Shown: in pieces, positions 43,801-64,000 of the stretch
Numbering within the stretch: position 1 is the stretch's first letter
How the letters are laid out: each line of letters opens with the position of its first letter
Source: Lama guanicoe
Lineage: Eukaryota
Length of the DNA stretch: 64,000 nt
Assembly (NCBI GenBank): GCA_013239625.1
Contig: MU053934.1
Span: forward strand, 6,590,399-6,654,398
Direction of reading: 5' to 3'
Position numbers and translations under genes: made by a program
The notes under the pieces: generated by a model
Database searches by the model: none
Told to the model about the DNA's origin: nothing
What the model saw: the letters and a program-made list of their open reading frames with translations, nothing else

Positions 43801-44476
43801 CTCGTTCACTGCTGGTGAGAACGCAAATGGTACAGCCACTTTGTAAGACAGTTTAGCAGTTCCCTACACAAAAACCTGCATATTGATGTTTATAGCAGTT
43901 TTACTCATAATTGCCAAAATCTGAACCACGATCTTTCAGTAGGTGAATGGATAAACTATCCAAGCTGTGGAATATTCTTCAGCATTAAAAAAGAAATGAG
44001 CTCTCAAGCCATGAAAAGACATGGAGGAAACTTAAGTACTTAATTACCAAACAACAGAAGCCAATTTGAAAAGGCTACATACTGTCTGACTCCAACTCTG
44101 TGACATTCTGGAAAAGGCAAAACTAAAAGATAGGCGGTTGTCAGGAGTCAGGGGAGGGACGGAGGGATGAACAGGCAGAGCACAGAGGATTTTTAGGGCA
44201 GTGAAGATTCAGTGTGATACTGTCATGGCAGATACATGTCATACATTTGTCCAAACACAGAATGTCCACCACCAGGAGAGAACCCTAATGTAAACTATGG
44301 ACTCTGGGTGACGATGTGCCAATGGAGGTTCACCAATCATAAACAGCACCACGCTGGTAACTGGGGAAGGCTGGGCTGGGCATGTGGGTGGGGCAGAGGA
44401 TACATGGCAAATCTCTAACTTCTCCACACTGCTATGAACCTAAAACTGCTCTAAAAATAAAGTCTATTAAAAAAAT
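43800..44476 (+). mobile_element. LINE-1 3' UTR fragment
   Basis: Colinear with 9870-10660 (cacaaaaacctgca...tatgaacctaaaactgctctaaaa) and ends in an A tail. Confidence 0.8.
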
Positions 44477-45339
44477 ACGTGTTAACTCAAAAGTGGCAGG
44501 AGTTTCAAATACTCATGAACTGTTGAGGCTTCCTGCAGAAGCCATGAAGCTGGAGTCTGGAGGGAGGTATGGAAAAGGGCCAGTCGTCGGTGAACAGTCT
44601 TTTTAGTACCCAGTTTGAAGAAGGACCTGGAAGAGTCAGAAGTGCCTCACTCAAGGTGCCATCAGCAAGTCAAAAGATACACCTTCCCTTTTGTGGTTTA
44701 GCCCTTAACACCTGAAATCTATCAATTTCATTTGAACTGTGTTAATGCCAAGTCAAGAACAGAGGGCAAGCCAAGGAGCTCGAAAAGCCATCATTCCTAT
44801 GCAGGTCCCATGGCCCACACATGGCACACCCACCCACGTCTTCATCCTGGCAGAGCAAAATGAGAAATGGACTGCTCTGCCTGATGTAGCCATTATAACG
44901 AAATTAATCTGCCATTTCTGTAGGCTCAAATTGATGAGCACACAAGAACTCATTTATAATTGCTTGTTTCTACTTCACAACATCCCTTCCAATATTTCTA
45001 TTCTCTAAAATAAAGTCCATTAACACTGCATTATTTTTTAATAACTTTTGAAATTAATGTTGATTGGAAATATGCCCTTGTATCAACTTAAGTAAATCCG
45101 GCCATCCCCATACACTGGCTGAGTTCCACCCTCCAGGCTGAGTGGCAGACAGGAGCCCTTGGTTTGCTTCATTCCAAGTTCTGCTGCAAGGGCTACGCGG
45201 CCTGCACAGCGCCTGGCGGCTGCACCAGTCAGAGAGCAAACACCTCTGCGGCAGAACCAGAGCCACCCAGGGGCTGGGATGGGAAAAGAAAGAGACACAT
45301 TCGCTTTAGAGTTAAAAGAAAGGAAGAAAGAAAGAAAGA

Positions 45340-46586
45340 AAACAAGGTTAAAATGAAGTTTATTATTTTTTTGATTTTTTTGTTTTGTTTTTTAAATAAA
45401 ACTGTTTGTGAAACAGCTATTTTATCCCCACGGCAGAGTGACCCCTGAAAGATGCACTAACCCCTTCTTAAGGCCTTAAGATTTTTTTTGTACTTTTTTC
45501 TTTTTTTTAAAACTCAGATATTTAAAAATTATACAATTTACAAAACAAAACAAAATACAACATAAAGAATCATGTAGCATGGGGCTGCTCAACTGACAGA
45601 CCCCCTTTTCCTTTATAAAAATGAAAGCAAAAGAGAAAAGGGTGGAGTGGGTGTTCCTGGTCAGCTTACCCCACACGATCACACCCAACACTGCCCTTCC
45701 CCGTGTCCACCCCTACAGCTTAGGCTTCCGTCCTGTCCGTCCTGGGAGTCAGGGCACAGCTGCTTGAAGTGTGCCCAGAGGAGGCCATCCCTTGACCCTG
45801 CTGGCTGAGCCACTTAGTGGGATACTTGGGGCTCTCACTGGCCACAGTGACCCGGGACATAGCTGTGACCTTGGGGCATCTGCCAATTTCACCTCCCAAA
45901 GAAGAAAAAATTAAAAAATAATAAATAAATAGTGTTTCTGGAAATGAAAAAAATTTATTTTTGTCTTTAAACATCATTCTTCCACTCCTGAAAACACAGA
46001 CCACCTCCACTTCCCTCCCCCTCAACTTTCTCACTTTGAGACAAATTAATGACAAAAGAATGGTTTGGTGTGGTTTGTCCGTTCTTTCGACCCTGGGTCT
46101 AGAGTCTCTGAATTGTGTGAGCTGGGCTAAGGATTCAAGCCACCTCTGTCCCTGTGAGATGAGAGTTTGTTCAGTTCAATTTCACATTTAAATTTCACTT
46201 ATTGGAACAAATTTGGAGTTCTTTAACTAGATAATTTTAAAATAGAATCAAAAGGGATAGCGCACCTTTCATTTAAACAAAGTCTTTCCAGACTAAAAAT
46301 AGATTTATATATATATATTTTTATCCCTCCCTTTTAATTCCCCCCCCCCTTTCCCATCATCCCAGCCCTCCCCCCTCCCCCCAAATTGTCACTATGGAGA
46401 TTGTGTCCATGGAAACAGCCATTCCAACTTCTTGGGTCTTTCTTTCCTGTGGTGTCACCGGTTTGAGTGATGTAAGAACTTAGGAAGGAAGTGCTGGCAC
46501 GGGCAGGCACGCGGGGTGGGGCAGGGTGGGGTGTGGCTGCACAGGAGGACCATTTCCATTCCATCACGAGTGTCCACCACCTTCTC
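45340..46586 (-). other. TCF20: TCF20 3' UTR with polyadenylation signal
   Basis: AATAAA (minus) at 45364-45359 followed by a U-rich (TTTC)n downstream element; U-rich and G-rich tracts inside. Confidence 0.85.
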
Positions 46587-61056
<14,470 letters not shown>

Positions 61057-63837
61057 TCAGGTGTGTCAGCATCCCAGACTCATCCCTCTCCTCCAGGCCT
61101 CCCCTGGACCCCACCAGTCAGACCTCGGCACATGTCTCTGTGGTTACAGGAGTCTGTGCGGCAGGACAGGCTGTCAATTTCTAATCGCCACTCATGGACC
61201 ACACCATGGAAGGAATCCAGCAGTAACGTTTTAGGCCAGGCCTCACAAATAAATTAAACGGAGCAACACAGTGGGGCGAGGGTGAAGCACCCAGCTCTGC
61301 CTCTGGTGTTCCTGTTGTCCAACTGCTCACATGCCTGCCTGTCCTTTCCTTACTCCTCACCGCTCTGGTGAACTGCCTACAGATCCTGCCTGTCTATTTC
61401 TGCTGTGGAAGTCTGGGGTAGGAGGGGATGGTAAGATAGTAGAGTTATATATAAACCTTTTAGAATTAAAAGTGGAATCAGGATTCTAGTTCTTATATTT
61501 GTAAGATTTTATTTTTATTCTACTTATCCCAAATGCCCAATACAAGCATATTTCTCTTTTCAGAAAATATGGGCTCCTGTAGGCAAACGGTATTTTTATA
61601 CACAAATCCTATTTTAAATGCACTAGGAAACCTGCCATGAATTTCTGGCTGAGACGTTATTCTGTAATTGAGATGCTCCTCCTTATTTGGTCAGGTTTTC
61701 GTAAAGTGGAGCACATCTCTATCGTCCCTGTGATGTGGCTGCTGTGAGCACTCAACCCCATGTCCTACCGCAATATTCCTATTTCTAAAATGCAACCATA
61801 CTGGCCCTACAAAAGATGGATGCAGACTCTTGTGGTGGCAGAGGACACCTGGAGAAGGCTACCTGGATGATACAGACCCTCGCTCCTGATTCTAGGAAAG
61901 ATAAAAGTGCTCCGTAAGCAGTTACACTTATGGAGAATTCCCCCTTCCCACTCCTCGCCATAACCTTCCTGGGACAAACTGACTAAAGGGCTTCCCTGTC
62001 TCTTCTCTTTTGCCTCTGATAGCAGCCTGTTAGGGAACGTGTGGCCGCAGGCCTGTAGCAGTCAGCCTCACCTAGTGGGGGTGAAGCCCACCTGGACGCT
62101 GCCATAAAACAAGCACTCTAACCCAAAGCAGCAGGAGCAGGATGACAGGGAGCTGGACCAAGCTCCTAACACTGATGCTGTTGGAAAACCACAGGAAGAC
62201 CGGCAGCAACGCAGCCCCCGTGCTGGCCCTGCGTCATGTATCAGACATCACCTGATGCAACTGACGTGGACCAGCTCGCTTCTAACTACCTTGTGACATC
62301 GCCACTCTACAGGAGAGGTGTCTGAAGCACCGGAAGGTGAAGTAACCTGCTCCAGGTCAGAGCTGAACTCTGCAGACCAGGCCTGGCATCCTCCAGAGGT
62401 AAATGGGGCAGGGACAGGGCTCTAAGACAGTCGTTCAGGAGCCCTGCCTTCCCCTAGAAGACCATCCTTCTGAGTGCTGATAACCAGTAAATGTTTACCA
62501 TGTGCCCTCACACCCTGCCAAGAAATAAAAGACTACTTGGCCTGGAGTGAACCAAGGACAGGTGGCAGCTTCCTGGGCAGCCTGAGGCTTTATCTGCTTT
62601 TGTCAGTGCCACAGGGCACCTTCAGAACAAAGGTCTCATCATCAACCAGGGGAACAGACATGGCTGGTTGCTCAGTGGTCACCCACAGCCATTCCTGCTA
62701 CACCCCTTGTTCCTAAAGGAGCCCTGAATGGTCAGTTATCCAGAGGGCTCAGCTACTGCAGGCCCTCCCCACCTTGGGGGATGAATCTCAATGGTGGCCG
62801 TTTAGGAATGGGTGTGTCAAGCATTTCTGGTAGGAAAGTCTGCAGGGAAAGGAACTTTTGGGAAAGTTCTACTCCTCTTAACAAGTGACATGATGCAGGA
62901 ACCGGCCGTCTTCTCACTTGGCCTCTGTGAGGATGGGATGGTGAGGTCTGTTGCAACCATCTTGTCACCACAAGGGGACAGCTCTAAAGACAGAGCCCAA
63001 CCCACTGAGGACAGCACAGCAACAGGATGGAGTGAACCCAGATTTCTGTAACATTGTTAAGCCCTAAAGTAACCAACCCCAGGACCACCCCATCTCCAGA
63101 CTTGTTAAGGGGGAGGATACTCTTCTTTAAAAAAAACAAAATCAAAAACAAAAAACAATTTTTAGTTTAATTTTGTAACTTGCAATCAAAATATCCTAAC
63201 TGATAAGAAAGGGACCTAGTACCTGAGGTGCCCTCTGCTGTTTCAGGTGAAGTGCAGGTGCCCTGGAGCTTAAATAACTCCCTGTAAGGGATTCCACCAC
63301 TTCCTATCTTTGTGTTACTCTTGGCCAAATTCCTAACCTTTGTTTCTTTAGCCTGCAGACATAGACCTGATGATGTGATCTACTTCACAGAGATGTTGTG
63401 AGGGTTAAACGTGTTCCTCCAAGCTTACAATAGTGGCTGGACAGAAGTGCTCAGTAAATGTGACCCAAGACGACCACAAGCCAGACACATGACGCGGACC
63501 ATGAACAAACAGCAACCTGCACAGCAGGCCGAGTCATCACCTGGGTTTACAGACAAAGAGAGGCGATTAAGCTCAGATCCGAACACTGTCCATTTCCTTC
63601 CTACCTCAACACATGCCCTGCTGCCCCTGGCAGGGCTTCTCAAAGCTCCCTGCCCTGAACCAGCCTACAAGCCCCATTTTTCTCATAAAGAAAGCAAACT
63701 CATCCCTTACCAGGAAATCACATCAATAAAATGATGACTGTTTCTTTCAATTTGAAAAGCGCAATTAATTTACTATGTTACATTAGAGGAAAAAGGCATA
63801 TTAAGGCCTTAGAAAAAGGGCCTTAAAGAGTTTAGGC

Positions 63838-63912
63838 CAGTGGTTCTCAAAGTGTGCCTTGGATCAGCAGCATCAGCATCACCTGGGAACTTGTCAGAAA
63901 TGCAAATTTTGG
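63838..63912. mobile_element. MER5A-like fragment, followed by a probable L1 5' fragment
   Basis: cagtggttctcaaagtgtg...cagcagcatcagcatcacctgggaacttgtcagaaatgcaaat. Confidence 0.65.
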
Positions 63913-64000
63913 GATTCTGGGAAGACTGCAGAGTAGGTAACACCAGGAATCTGTTTCCCCACCTGGACAACAATTGCACTGGCAGAATCTGTCTGATGTA

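Overview
Mammalian genomic DNA. Three tRNA-derived SINEs resembling camelid Vic-1 suggest a camelid. The window is syntenic with human 22q13.2: probable SMDT1 terminal exon (+), complete NDUFA6 (-, 3 exons, 128 aa), a ~17 kb LINE-1/LTR block, one intact 9-exon CYP2D gene (-, 500 aa), an orphan CpG island, and the last four exons of TCF20 (-). Main finding: a + strand chain of eight exons at 28547-34680 with canonical splice sites. All seven junctions are phase-compatible, and the exons splice into a 600-nt ORF (199 aa) with a strong Kozak ATG and an AATAAA 10 nt after the stop. The predicted protein has a Cys-Cys motif, one N-terminal transmembrane segment, an acidic low-complexity body and a Trp-rich C-terminal helix. 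The six-frame track shows only fragments of it. It lies where human has the lncRNA NDUFA6-DT, so it may be an unrecognised coding gene that is non-coding in human. All calls are by manual reading; no database searches were run, and repeat boundaries are approximate.
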